From NCBI GenBank assembly GCA_964509655.1, contig CAZDYW010000002.1, positions 1-43,955 of the forward strand: a stretch of 43,955 nt of DNA, given 5' to 3'. Position 1 is the first letter of the stretch; each line of letters opens with the position of its first letter. Position numbers and translations under genes: made by a program. The notes under the pieces were generated by a model that worked only from the letters and a program-made list of their open reading frames with translations, was not told the origin of the DNA and searched no databases. This DNA is from an uncultured Anaerolineales bacterium (GTDB lineage: Bacteria > Chloroflexota > Anaerolineae > B4-G1). Below, piece after piece: positions 1 through 8,571 of this stretch.

Positions 1-149
1 ATTTTGATGGTCAAAAATCATCACGTAGGGGCGATCCCTCCGTGGTCGCCCGTACGAAATGCACGAGGGCGTGTACGGAGTCCCGCCCGTACGAAGCGGG
101 CCGCGCGAAATCCCAAAGAGCCATTAGTAGTTACGAGGAGTGAACGATA

Positions 150-815
150 ATGGACACAAAACCCAGACTGAGCTGTGGCACGGTGATCTTGATCCTAATT
201 CTCATCGCCGTCGTCGTCGGCGGCTTGATGACGGTGCGCTCAATCCAGCAGGTGACGCAGCCGCTGGTGGAAGCGGAGCGCTCGTTGCAGGAGCAATTCG
301 AGCGCATCACGCAACCCACCCCGACTATCATCCCCGATCCGGTGACCATCATCCGCGAGGTGCGAAACTTGAGCCGCCTGGAGACCGCCTCTTATACCAT
401 CGAAAAAGTCATCACCGCCGAATCGCGGCAAGGCCCATTCGCCTTTCTTTTCGGCGACAAGCTGATCCTGGTCGCGCACGGGCAAGTCATCGCGGGCGTG
501 GATCTGGGGAAACTGGAGGAAAAAGACGTCTCGGTCGCGGCGGATGGCACGGTCAACGTGGCGCTGCCCGAGGCTGAAGTCTTCGTCGCCACGCTGAACA
601 ACCAGCAATCCTACATCTTCCATCGCGGCACCGGCGTGATTGGAATGAACCCAGAACTGGAAACAGAGGCGCGTAAGGCCGCTGAGGAGGAAATACTCAA
701 CGCAGCGCTGGAGGATGGCATCCTGGAGATGGCCGAGGAGAACGCCAAGACCTACCTACGGCATTTCATCCTGGCGCTGGGATTTGAAGAAGTCAACGTG
801 ACTATCGGTCAATAG
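150..815 (+). CDS. DUF4230-like membrane-anchored protein
   Basis: 221-aa ORF with ATG at 150 and GAGGAG about 8 nt upstream. One N-terminal hydrophobic helix (VILILILIAVVVGGLM) is followed by a soluble domain with the block LILVAHGQVIAGVDLGKL, which I recall as typical of DUF4230. No catalytic motif seen. Confidence 0.55.
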   Translation: MDTKPRLSCGTVILILILIAVVVGGLMTVRSIQQVTQPLVEAERSLQEQFERITQPTPTIIPDPVTIIREVRNLSRLETASYTIEKVITAESRQGPFAFLFGDKLILVAHGQVIAGVDLGKLEEKDVSVAADGTVNVALPEAEVFVATLNNQQSYIFHRGTGVIGMNPELETEARKAAEEEILNAALEDGILEMAEENAKTYLRHFILALGFEEVNVTIGQ

Positions 816-878
816 GCGCAACGCGCTTCTATCTGCATCCATAAGTGCGTTGCATCCCAAACAAACGAGGAGGACACA

Positions 879-1907
879 ATGAAAGCAGTTCAACTGATCG
901 AAATTGGAAAGCCGCTGGAAATGCGCGACGTGCCCATGCCCGAAATCGGCGATCACGACGTGTTAGTGCGTGTCAAGGCCGCCGGGATCTGCCATTCGGA
1001 CGTGCATTATCGCTCCGGCGCCTCCGCTGTCGGGCCCTTGCCCCAAACGCTGGGACACGAGGTAGCCGGGGTCGTGGAGGAAATAGGACCACAAGTCGCC
1101 AACGTGAAGCCGGGCGACCGAGTCTGTTTGCACTACCTGATCACTTGCGGCGATTGCTACTACTGCACGCTGGGGAGTGAGCAGTTTTGCGTCGAGGGCT
1201 CGATGATCGGCAAATATCGCGACGGCGGATTCGCCGAGTTCATCGCTGTGCCCGCCCGCAGCGCCGTGCCGCTGCCGGAGGAGATTCCCTTCGAGCAGGG
1301 CGCGATTATGATGTGTTCATCGGCGACATCATTTCACGCGCTGAACAAATCACGGCTCCAGGCCGGCGAGACAGTGGCCGTCTTCGGCGTGGGAGGATTG
1401 GGCATGTCGGCCGTCCAGCTCGCGAAGGCGATGGGAGCATTGGATGTCTACGCCGTGGACATCAACGAGGAGCGATTGGCGATGGCCGAGGGATTTGGCG
1501 CCATTCCCGTAAACGCGGCAGAGGTCGACCCGGTGGACGAGATCCGTCGGCTGACCGACGGGCGAGGCGTGGATGTTACGCTGGAGCTAATCGGCTTGCC
1601 ACAGACGATGCGCCAGTCAGTCCAATCGCTGGCTGTCTTCGGGCGTGCAGTGCTGGTGGGCATCGCTTCCGAGCCACTGGAAGTTGAGACTTATGGGGAA
1701 CTTCTGGGGCGCGAGGCGGAGGTGATTGGGGCCGCTGACCATCTGTTACATGAATTACCGCTACTGATCGAGTATACGCGACGGGGGATGCTTGACCTGT
1801 CGAATGTAGTTACACGAACTATCCCACTGGACGCGGGCGAGGTCAACGCGGTGCTGGATGAGATGGAGGAATTCGGCGGCGGGGTGCGCACTGTCATCAC
1901 GCCATAA
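879..1907 (+). CDS. zinc-dependent alcohol dehydrogenase (MDR superfamily)
   Basis: 342 aa. Catalytic-Zn motif GICHSD...GHEVAGVVEEIG, structural-Zn Cys cluster CGDCYYCTLGSEQFC, and Rossmann motif VAVFGVGGLG. Confidence 0.85.
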   Translation: MKAVQLIEIGKPLEMRDVPMPEIGDHDVLVRVKAAGICHSDVHYRSGASAVGPLPQTLGHEVAGVVEEIGPQVANVKPGDRVCLHYLITCGDCYYCTLGSEQFCVEGSMIGKYRDGGFAEFIAVPARSAVPLPEEIPFEQGAIMMCSSATSFHALNKSRLQAGETVAVFGVGGLGMSAVQLAKAMGALDVYAVDINEERLAMAEGFGAIPVNAAEVDPVDEIRRLTDGRGVDVTLELIGLPQTMRQSVQSLAVFGRAVLVGIASEPLEVETYGELLGREAEVIGAADHLLHELPLLIEYTRRGMLDLSNVVTRTIPLDAGEVNAVLDEMEEFGGGVRTVITP

Positions 1908-1960
1908 TGAGCTTCCCCTCACCCTAGCCCTTCTCATCGCCCGGCCGGGGTGCGGGAAAC

Positions 1961-2374
1961 TCAAAGATTAGATTGCTGCCCCATCTTCAAATTGATACGT
2001 GTGACGTTGTAGAAGTAGGCCAAAGACTCGGCCATGCCATGTTCAATGCGAAGGTCTACTTGGCCAATCACGTCCACTATATGGCGGTCGCCATTACCCA
2101 GCGGGCACAGGATAGCCAGGCCTGTTTCTTGCAAAACCCACCAGCCCTGGTGATGGCGGCGAAACATCTCGCCCAGGAAGGTGGCCCACAATAGGCGGAT
2201 TTTCTGTGAAGGATTGGGCTGCTGTTGCAAGTACCGGTCGACCCACTCGTCCAAGAAATGCAAGGCATTGGCCTCGTATTCAATCTCGTGGCCAGCGAAA
2301 TCGCTCAGGCTTTCCCGCGCCTTTTCCGCCATTTGGATCAGATCATGCGCCTGTTCGGGCGTCAGAACTTTCAC
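1961..2374 (-). CDS. hypothetical protein (137 aa), probably co-transcribed with the upstream two-component system
   Basis: GTG start at 2374 with GGAGGAGG 4 nt upstream, 23 nt after the response-regulator stop. No motif I can name. Confidence 0.45.
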   Translation of the reverse strand: MKVLTPEQAHDLIQMAEKARESLSDFAGHEIEYEANALHFLDEWVDRYLQQQPNPSQKIRLLWATFLGEMFRRHHQGWWVLQETGLAILCPLGNGDRHIVDVIGQVDLRIEHGMAESLAYFYNVTRINLKMGQQSNL

Positions 2375-2397
2375 AGCCTCCTCCGATTCCGCCCCGA

Positions 2398-3048
2398 CTA
2401 AAGAAACTCTTTCAGATTATGCTTGACGGCGTAAGCAGCAGCTTCAGCGCGATTGGAAAGATCTAACTTGCTGAGAATGCTGCTGACATAGTTACGCACC
2501 GTGCCCTCGCCCAGATAAAGCGTATCGGCTATTTCGCGGTTAGTCTTTCCCTTGGCGACATGGGTCAAGACGTGCATCTCTTGATCGGTCAGATCCGCGA
2601 AAGCGTCCGCGTGCTCTCGTCGTGCCGCTTCCCGCACACGTGCGAAGACCCTCTGCGTGAGTGTTGGGTCCAGAAGTGCTTCACCTCGGCCCACCGCTTC
2701 CAAGGCACGGATCAGGTCATCATTACCGATCTGTTTAAGCACGTAGCCACATGCCCCAGCAGAGATGGCGTCAAACAACATCTCATCCTCGGCATAGGAG
2801 GTCAGCATAATGACTTTCGTATCCGACGCTTGTTCCTTGATCTGTCGGCAAGCGTCAATGCCGCTGCCACCCAGCAGTCGGATATCCATTACCACCACTT
2901 CAGGTTGGAGCAAGAGAGTCTTCTGAACCGCTTCCTTGACCGTCTCCGCTTCATCAACAACCGTGAAGCCAGGATGCCCTTCGATCAGAGTACGCAAGCC
3001 AAGCCGTACGACTTCGTGGTCATCGACGATGAGAATTCTAAGCGTCAT
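2398..3048 (-). CDS. NarL/LuxR-family response regulator
   Basis: 216 aa. Receiver domain ([14 protein letters not shown] ... VVVMDIRL ... KVIMLTS) and C-terminal LuxR HTH ([43 protein letters not shown]). Confidence 0.9.
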   Translation of the reverse strand: MTLRILIVDDHEVVRLGLRTLIEGHPGFTVVDEAETVKEAVQKTLLLQPEVVVMDIRLLGGSGIDACRQIKEQASDTKVIMLTSYAEDEMLFDAISAGACGYVLKQIGNDDLIRALEAVGRGEALLDPTLTQRVFARVREAARREHADAFADLTDQEMHVLTHVAKGKTNREIADTLYLGEGTVRNYVSSILSKLDLSNRAEAAAYAVKHNLKEFL

Positions 3049-3061
3049 ACCTTCCTCAAAT

Positions 3062-4456
3062 CTAATATGGCACAGTAAGAATTATTGTCAAGCCCTCATG
3101 CGGCGCCGTGTCTATATCCAACATGCCGCCTAGCAAACGGGCGCGTTCGCGGATGTTGCGCAAGCCATGGCCGTTGTTATTAGGCAGCCGGGAAAGGCCC
3201 ACACCGTCATCGGATACACAAAGCTGGAGCGCATTGGCACCATACCACAAGCTCATCTCAACGCGACGTGCCTGTGAATGGCGAGCTACGTTAGTCAATG
3301 CCTCGCGGGCGATCTGGAAGACGTGTTGCCGACGCTCAGCACCCAGACCGTGCTCATCCTCTCCCTTCACACTGAAGCAAGTCTCCAACAAGGTATTTAC
3401 ACGAAAGTCTTTGAGGATTTTGCGCAAGCCAGTTTCCAGGTTATCCCTCGGCAGTTCACCACGCAGGTCGAAAATATAGCGCCGGATGTCCTGGATGGTC
3501 TGATTTAGGCTCTTGATGGCACGAGTCAGTTGATTGCGTGCCTCTTCCGGTCGAGTGAGGATATTATGCCGAGCACTCTCCAACATCAGTCCCGCCGCGT
3601 ATATTGATTGAATGATACCATCATGTAATTCTCGCCCAATGCGCTCACGCTCACTAACGAGAGCCTGCATGCGCTCCATATCCTCCAGCCAAAGCTCGAC
3701 CTCGCTCAAAACGGCCACCAAGGCCCGTACAACTCCATAGGTGATAGCAAGGCCACATAGGCCACGGAAGAGGGAGATAGAAATGCCAAGGGAGTTCAAC
3801 AACAGGTCCTCGTTGATCAAATTTGCGGGGAAGAAGGAAACTGCCGGCCCGATCAGCCCTCCGAAGATGGAGAAGATACCGAGTGCGAACCCAGTGACTC
3901 GCAGAGGAAGTTTGACCAAGGGTAATCGGTCACGTTCGATGGTGCGATATGTTTCACGACGCAGCCCCCAGGCTCCCATCAGGCCACCAGGGAAGGCAAG
4001 GCCATAACGCACCGCGAGCTCACCCCCCAACCACACCTGTTCGGAGGAAGCGCCGCATAGATGGGCTACAAACATTCCCCCCAGCCACGTTACCCAAAGG
4101 CCAGCGGGGATAACCCATCGCGCCCATCTCTGCCTCCCCGAAGGGAGACCAGCCTGTATGGCGAACATTAACAGAGCAGCATATCCTACTCCCAGCAGCA
4201 GCAAGCGCAGCCACATCAACTCAGGTTCCCACCGGTCCGAGATTCCAAGCCAAGCCCTAATCCAAGCTGCCAGTGCCTCGCAAAACCCGAACAAAGACAA
4301 AGGGACGAGGCCCCGTGCTACCTCCAGGCGTGCCCCTCGTCGCGCCAAGAAGATAATGGAGATTCCAAGTATAAAGAATGCTTGTCCATGTAAAAGTGCT
4401 AATCCGACCTGGCGAGTAGCGAGTGCGCTTTGCGGCATGATCATCCGATGTTCCAC
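3062..4456 (-). CDS. membrane sensor histidine kinase, HisKA_3/NarL type
   Basis: 464 aa. About 240 aa of multi-pass hydrophobic N-terminus, then the H-box [18 protein letters not shown] and HATPase_c motifs ([26 protein letters not shown]). The start may be GTG 4456 or ATG 4444. Confidence 0.85.
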   Translation of the reverse strand: MEHRMIMPQSALATRQVGLALLHGQAFFILGISIIFLARRGARLEVARGLVPLSLFGFCEALAAWIRAWLGISDRWEPELMWLRLLLLGVGYAALLMFAIQAGLPSGRQRWARWVIPAGLWVTWLGGMFVAHLCGASSEQVWLGGELAVRYGLAFPGGLMGAWGLRRETYRTIERDRLPLVKLPLRVTGFALGIFSIFGGLIGPAVSFFPANLINEDLLLNSLGISISLFRGLCGLAITYGVVRALVAVLSEVELWLEDMERMQALVSERERIGRELHDGIIQSIYAAGLMLESARHNILTRPEEARNQLTRAIKSLNQTIQDIRRYIFDLRGELPRDNLETGLRKILKDFRVNTLLETCFSVKGEDEHGLGAERRQHVFQIAREALTNVARHSQARRVEMSLWYGANALQLCVSDDGVGLSRLPNNNGHGLRNIRERARLLGGMLDIDTAPHEGLTIILTVPY

Positions 4457-4481
4457 CCTTTCCTTTATGCTCTTCTATTTT

Positions 4482-4510
4482 ATTATACCAGCAATGCTTT
4501 TGTGAGACAA
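4482..4510 (-). promoter_or_regulatory. candidate sigma70-type promoter of the kinase/regulator operon
   Basis: On the minus strand: TTGTCT (4510..4505), 17-nt spacer, TATAAT (4487..4482). It lies just downstream of the operon terminator and about 25 nt upstream of the kinase start. Confidence 0.4.
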
Positions 4511-4519
4511 GAGCCAAAC

Positions 4520-4560
4520 GGGAAAGAAAAGCCCCCAAGGTTGTAGCAACCTTGGGGGCT
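4520..4560 (-). terminator. intrinsic terminator closing the hdr-fdh operon
   Basis: Minus-strand RNA GCCCCCAAGGUUG-CUA-CAACCUUGGGGGC (perfect 13-bp stem, 4559..4531) followed by UUUUCUUUC. It sits 42 nt after the ferritin-like gene stop. Confidence 0.75.
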
Positions 4561-4601
4561 GAGTATCTCACCAGATGTTAATTGACAATCAGTTCAGCTT
4601 T

Positions 4602-5093
4602 CTAACCACCCCATGGCATCTGCGCATACTCCTCGAAAGCAGCGTCATGGATCTGCTTAAAAAAGGCCTCATGGCTGCGTTCCCATCGAGCAAGCATCTC
4701 CAGCGCCTTCTTCGCTTCTCCTTCGGCTTTACTGGCCGCTCTCTCGTAGAAGTCGACAAAATCGCGCTCGATCAGATAGGCCATGCGCAGCACCGGCAGA
4801 TCGGGCACCATCGCCTCCAGCACGGTCTGGTCGAGCATTTCGGAGTCGGCGCGTTTGGAGAAGAAACCTTCCTTCTCCAGTTCAAGGGCCATCGCTACGT
4901 TCGGCGGCTCTCCCTCATCCAAAGCATCCAGCAGGCCCTGGATGAACTCGATATGCTTTTGCTCCTCGCCGGCCAACCGTTTGAATGCCCCCACCGCCGC
5001 CGCGTGGCTCAAGCGCTCGGCATTCTCCTCAAAAAACCGCTTGCCCTCATACTCTCGCTGGAGAGCATATTCATAGATCTTGCGAATGTCCAT
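4602..5093 (-). CDS. ferritin-like / rubrerythrin-family diiron protein (no rubredoxin domain)
   Basis: 163 aa. Two E...ExxH-like pairs (EGKRFFEENA ... GEEQKHIEF; ERDFVDFYE ... WERSHEAFF) typical of the ferritin-like four-helix bundle. AGGAGG lies 5 nt upstream of the ATG, 26 nt after the fdhA stop. Confidence 0.65.
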   Translation of the reverse strand: MDIRKIYEYALQREYEGKRFFEENAERLSHAAAVGAFKRLAGEEQKHIEFIQGLLDALDEGEPPNVAMALELEKEGFFSKRADSEMLDQTVLEAMVPDLPVLRMAYLIERDFVDFYERAASKAEGEAKKALEMLARWERSHEAFFKQIHDAAFEEYAQMPWGG

Positions 5094-5119
5094 CTACTCC
5101 TCCTATCTCTAGCAGGTGA

Positions 5120-7180
5120 TCAATTCACCGGCTCGACGCGCACGGCACAGACCTTGTACTCAGGAATCTTGGCGATGGGATCAAGCGCCGCGTTGGTCAG
5201 CGCGTTGGCCGCCGCCTCGACGTAGTGGAAGGGAATGAAGACTACACCGGGCCGAATGCCCGTCGTAAGGCGCACGCTCAACTCGATCTCACCGCGTCGA
5301 CTGGCAACTCGCACCCGCTCCGCGCCATTCAATCCGATGCCAGCCGCATCGTCAGGATGGAGCTCGACGTAAGGCTCCGGTGCCTCCTGTTCTAGCTTCT
5401 CCGAGCGCCGAGTCATCGTGCCGGTATGCCAATGGAACATCATCCGGCCTGTGGTCAGGATGAGAGGATACTCATCGTCCGGCAACTCCACGGCCTCTTT
5501 GAACTCGATAGCATGGAAGTGACCCAGTCCCCGACTGAACATGCCTTTATGCAGATAAGGTGTGCCAGCGTGCTCCTCTGTCGGCACCGGCCATTGGAGA
5601 GAGCCTTCCCTATCCAGCCGCTCGAACGACACTCCGCCGTAGATGGGAGTGACTGCGGCGATCTCCTCCATCACTTCCTCCGGCGACTGGAAGTCAAACC
5701 CCCGAGCTCCTATCCGCTCGGCTAATTGGCAAAGAATCTCCCAATCCGGTTTAGATTCTCCCAATGGCTCGATCGCTTTGCGCACTCGCTGGACGCGCCG
5801 ATCGGTGCCGGTGAAGGTGCCTTCCTTCTCAGCAAACGAAGAACCAGGCAGGACGACATCGGCCAGTTCAGCAGTCTCGGTAAGGAAAATGTCCTGCACC
5901 ACGAGGAAATCAACTTCTTCTAGGCACTCGCGCACGTGGTTTACATCGGGATCGGAGAGCATGGGATTTTCCGCCATCACATAAAGGGCACGAGTGCTCC
6001 CATCCTCGGCTCCCCCTATCATGGCCGTCACCGTCTTTCCCACCTCGTCGGAGAGATTCTTGACGTTCCATACCTGCTCGAACTTCTCCTTGATCTCAGG
6101 CACTGTGACGGCCTGGTATCCGGAGTAGACGTTGGGCAGGCCCCCCAGATCGCAGGCGCCCTGGACATTGTTCTGGCCACGCAGGGGATTGACGCCGCCA
6201 CCAGGGATGCCCATATTGCCAGTGAGCATAGCCAGGTTTGCACATGACTTCACGTTATCGGTGCCAGTGGTATGTTGGGTGATGCCCATCGCGTAGAGGA
6301 TGGCCGCAGGTTTATTCTGCGCGTAAATCCGCGCTGCCTCTCGCAGGTCATCGGCGGGAATACCGCTGATCTCCTCCACCCGCTCTGGTGTATATTCGCT
6401 CACAACCTCACGGAGTTCATCGAGGCCCTCAGTCCGATCCTCTATGAAATCCTCATCATGCAACCCTTCGCTGATGATGACGTTCATCATACCGTTGATC
6501 CAGGCCACATTCGTGCCAGGGCGGGGTTGCAAGTACAGATCGGCCATACGCGCGATGTGTATCTTGCGCGGGTCCACGACGACGATTTTGGCCCCGCGCT
6601 CCTTGGCCTCCATCACGTGGCTGGCGACCAAAGGATGGGCCTCAGAGGTGTTGGAACCGGTGATGAGGAAACACTCGGTGTGTTCGCTGAACTCCGGGAC
6701 GGAGTTGGTCATCGCTCCACTGCCAAACGCGGCGACCAGACCGGCCACCGTGGGAGCGTGTCAGAGGCGTGCGCAGTGATCGACGTTGTTCGTCTTGAAC
6801 ACTGCGCGGGAAAGCTTCTGGATGAGATAGTTCTCCTCGTTGGTGCATTTGGCCGAGGCTAAGAAACTAATGCTATCAGAGCCATACTCATCAGAAATGG
6901 TAGTCAATCGCTCCGCCACCAATCCCAGCGCTTCCTCCCATGTTGCCTCCTCAAGTTGGGCCGAGGGACCATCCCCGCGCCGAATGAGAGGGGTCTTAAG
7001 CCGATCAGGGTGATTGACAAAAGCATCGACGTTCCAGCCCTTGATGCACAGCTGACCGCGACTGATCGGATGTTCCTTATCGGGCAGAACTCCTATGATT
7101 TCTCCATCGAGCACCTGAAAATAAATCCCGCACCCACACCCACAATAAACACAGGTGGTGAGGACGTTTCGGTATTCCAT
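5120..7180 (-). CDS. fdhA: formate dehydrogenase catalytic (alpha) subunit, molybdopterin/tungstopterin, selenocysteine-containing (UGA at 6761..6763 read as Sec)
   Basis: ORFs 6761..7225 and 5120..6748 are in one frame (2061 nt = 687 codons from ATG 7180). Read-through gives [32 protein letters not shown], matching the FdhF/FdhA Sec block. N-terminal 4Fe-4S motif CVYCGCGCG...C. No twin-arginine signal. ATG 7180 has GGGAGG 5 nt upstream and follows the TAG of the upstream gene, so the 7225 start is rejected. Confidence 0.85.
6713..6763 (-). promoter_or_regulatory. Sec UGA plus candidate bacterial SECIS hairpin of fdhA
   Basis: UGA at 6763..6761. After an 11-nt spacer there is an upper stem GGUGGCC/GGUCGCC (6749..6743 pairs with 6737..6731; 7 bp including 2 G-U) with apical loop GGUCU (6742..6738). 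A lower 6-bp stem CGCUCC/GGAGCG (6758..6753 with 6718..6713) is also present. Confidence 0.6.
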
Positions 7181-7190
7181 AAATGCCTCC

Positions 7191-8021
7191 CTACTCCAAC
7201 CTCGAAAGTATCGGCGCCTCTCCAAAAGTCAGAGAGAGCGGTGGTGCATCCTCAATATCGGCCCCAGGCTCGTATCCCACCAAAGTTCCTACGTCCCGTC
7301 GGATCAAGTCATAGAGGACTGTCAATGGAATATGGGCCGGGCAGACCAACTCACATTGGCGGCAAGCGACACAGCGACTGGACATATGCATCGCCCGGAC
7401 TAGATGGAACATTGGGAAGGGGGGAGCCAACACACCCGGTTCCACCCACAAGGGGTCTTCCAAAGCGCAGGCTTCACAGAAGCATTCCGGGCAAATGTTG
7501 CGACACCCATAACACTTGATACACTTCAAGAACTGTTCTTGCCAGAATTCCCGCCGCTCCGCAAGCGACATCTCCTCATATTCCGCGACTAGAGGATTAG
7601 GCGGCCCACTTTCAACCGGCGTTCCGATCAACTCGGCTTGAGGCCAAGGGTCCAATTTAGGCGCAGGATCGGCACAATGACATTCTTCAGCTTCCTCCTC
7701 GGTACAAGCCACCCCTAGTAAGTAGAGCCTATCAGGATCGACTTGTGCTCGCTTGGCCATCTCCACTAATGCGCGGGCGTCACATCCGCGGGCCACAACA
7801 CCTAATTGAGCCTCTGGATAGCGTTTCTGCAAAGCGGAAATGATAAGGCCCATCGCGTAGCGGGGCTCCAGGACCAACTCAGAAGTGTCATCCCCTTCTT
7901 GGAAAAGGTAGGGCGCAGTGCCAACCTCTGTCTTCCGTAGCGCCAAAACGCCATCCAGTTCTTTGAGTTTCTCCGCCACGTGGGCGCGAAGTTCTTCCAT
8001 CAATGTACTTCGTTCGGTCAT
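7191..8021 (-). CDS. 4Fe-4S dicluster protein, putative electron-transfer subunit between FdhA and MvhD/HdrA (FrhB/FdhB- or AsrA-like, family uncertain)
   Basis: Two Cys clusters: CIKCYGCRNICPECFCEAC and CVACRQCELVCP. The N-terminal part contains GVVARGCDARALVEMAK...LLGVAC, reminiscent of FrhB/FdhB-type folds. ATG 8021 has GAGGAG upstream and is preferred. The track start 8072 is a TTG without a good SD. Confidence 0.55.
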   Translation of the reverse strand: MTERSTLMEELRAHVAEKLKELDGVLALRKTEVGTAPYLFQEGDDTSELVLEPRYAMGLIISALQKRYPEAQLGVVARGCDARALVEMAKRAQVDPDRLYLLGVACTEEEAEECHCADPAPKLDPWPQAELIGTPVESGPPNPLVAEYEEMSLAERREFWQEQFLKCIKCYGCRNICPECFCEACALEDPLWVEPGVLAPPFPMFHLVRAMHMSSRCVACRQCELVCPAHIPLTVLYDLIRRDVGTLVGYEPGADIEDAPPLSLTFGEAPILSRLE

Positions 8022-8080
8022 CCTCAGCTCCTCTATGTCGGCATATTGGTGTATTGGCGACCAATCTACCAATTACCAGC

Positions 8081-8503
8081 CTACCGGTCTACCATTTCGT
8101 CGGCGATTGGTCCCAGCGCCCTCACCTTCTCCACGAATTCCTTCGTCACTTTGGCGAACTTCGGCGCCTCGGCCGACGAGACCCAGTCCAGCACGAACCG
8201 GTCAGGGTGAACGCCGACGTACTTCAACAGGTTATGCACCAACGGCATACGCTTTGCCGTGCGGTGATTGCCGTCGATGTAGTGGCAATCGCCGATGTGA
8301 CAACCCAGCACCATCACGCCGTCTGCGCCAGAGCGGAAGGCTCGCAGCACCATCTCCGGCGACACCCGTCCCGAGCACATCACACGGATGGGCAAGACGT
8401 TGGCCGGTGATTGCATCCGGGCCACACCAGCGTTATCCGCCCCGGCATAGGAGCACCAATTACACAAGAAAGCAACAACTCTCGGTTCGAAATCTTCACT
8501 CAT
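8081..8503 (-). CDS. mvhD: MvhD/FlpD-family protein (methyl-viologen-reducing hydrogenase delta subunit-like, 2Fe-2S)
   Basis: 140 aa. Contains VAFLCNWCSYAGADNAG ... IRVMCSGRV ... GADGVMVLGCHIGDCHY, the hallmark FlpD/MvhD pattern. Confidence 0.85.
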   Translation of the reverse strand: MSEDFEPRVVAFLCNWCSYAGADNAGVARMQSPANVLPIRVMCSGRVSPEMVLRAFRSGADGVMVLGCHIGDCHYIDGNHRTAKRMPLVHNLLKYVGVHPDRFVLDWVSSAEAPKFAKVTKEFVEKVRALGPIADEMVDR

Positions 8504-8571
8504 TGTGATTATCCTTTAAGGATACGCCCCATGCACAAAAAGTGTCTGTTGCATAGGGAGTAGTGCGCAAA

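Noticed and set aside
140-1687. Arg/Gly/Pro-rich overlapping ORFs (140..577, 240..623, 845..1180, 1187..1687).
   Set aside because: These are alternative frames or strands of the DUF4230 and alcohol dehydrogenase genes in high-GC DNA, with no motifs. Typical shadow ORFs.
1940-1949. Palindrome CCCGGCCGGG between the convergent adh and 137-aa genes, considered as a bidirectional terminator.
   Set aside because: It has no loop and no flanking U/A tracts, so it is not a convincing intrinsic terminator.
5120-7225. The two adjacent ORFs (154 aa + 542 aa) read as a disrupted fdhA pseudogene, and the 7225 start codon.
   Set aside because: Same logic as hdrA: the TGA sits in the ARL-U-HAP active-site context with a SECIS-like stem-loop. 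The 7225 start lacks an SD and overlaps the upstream gene. ATG 7180 has GGGAGG upstream and yields the normal N-terminal Cys cluster.
4575-8508. Plus-strand ORFs 4575..5225 (216 aa), 6272..6862 (196 aa), 6956..7519 (187 aa) and 7918..8508 (196 aa).
   Set aside because: All are antisense to well-supported ferritin-like, fdhA, FeS and mvhD genes. They have biased composition and no recognisable domains.
8510-8524. Small hairpin UAUCCU-UAA-AGGAUA overlapping the mvhD Shine-Dalgarno.
   Set aside because: Only 6 A/U-rich base pairs with a 3-nt loop, which is too weak to claim a regulatory role without conservation data.
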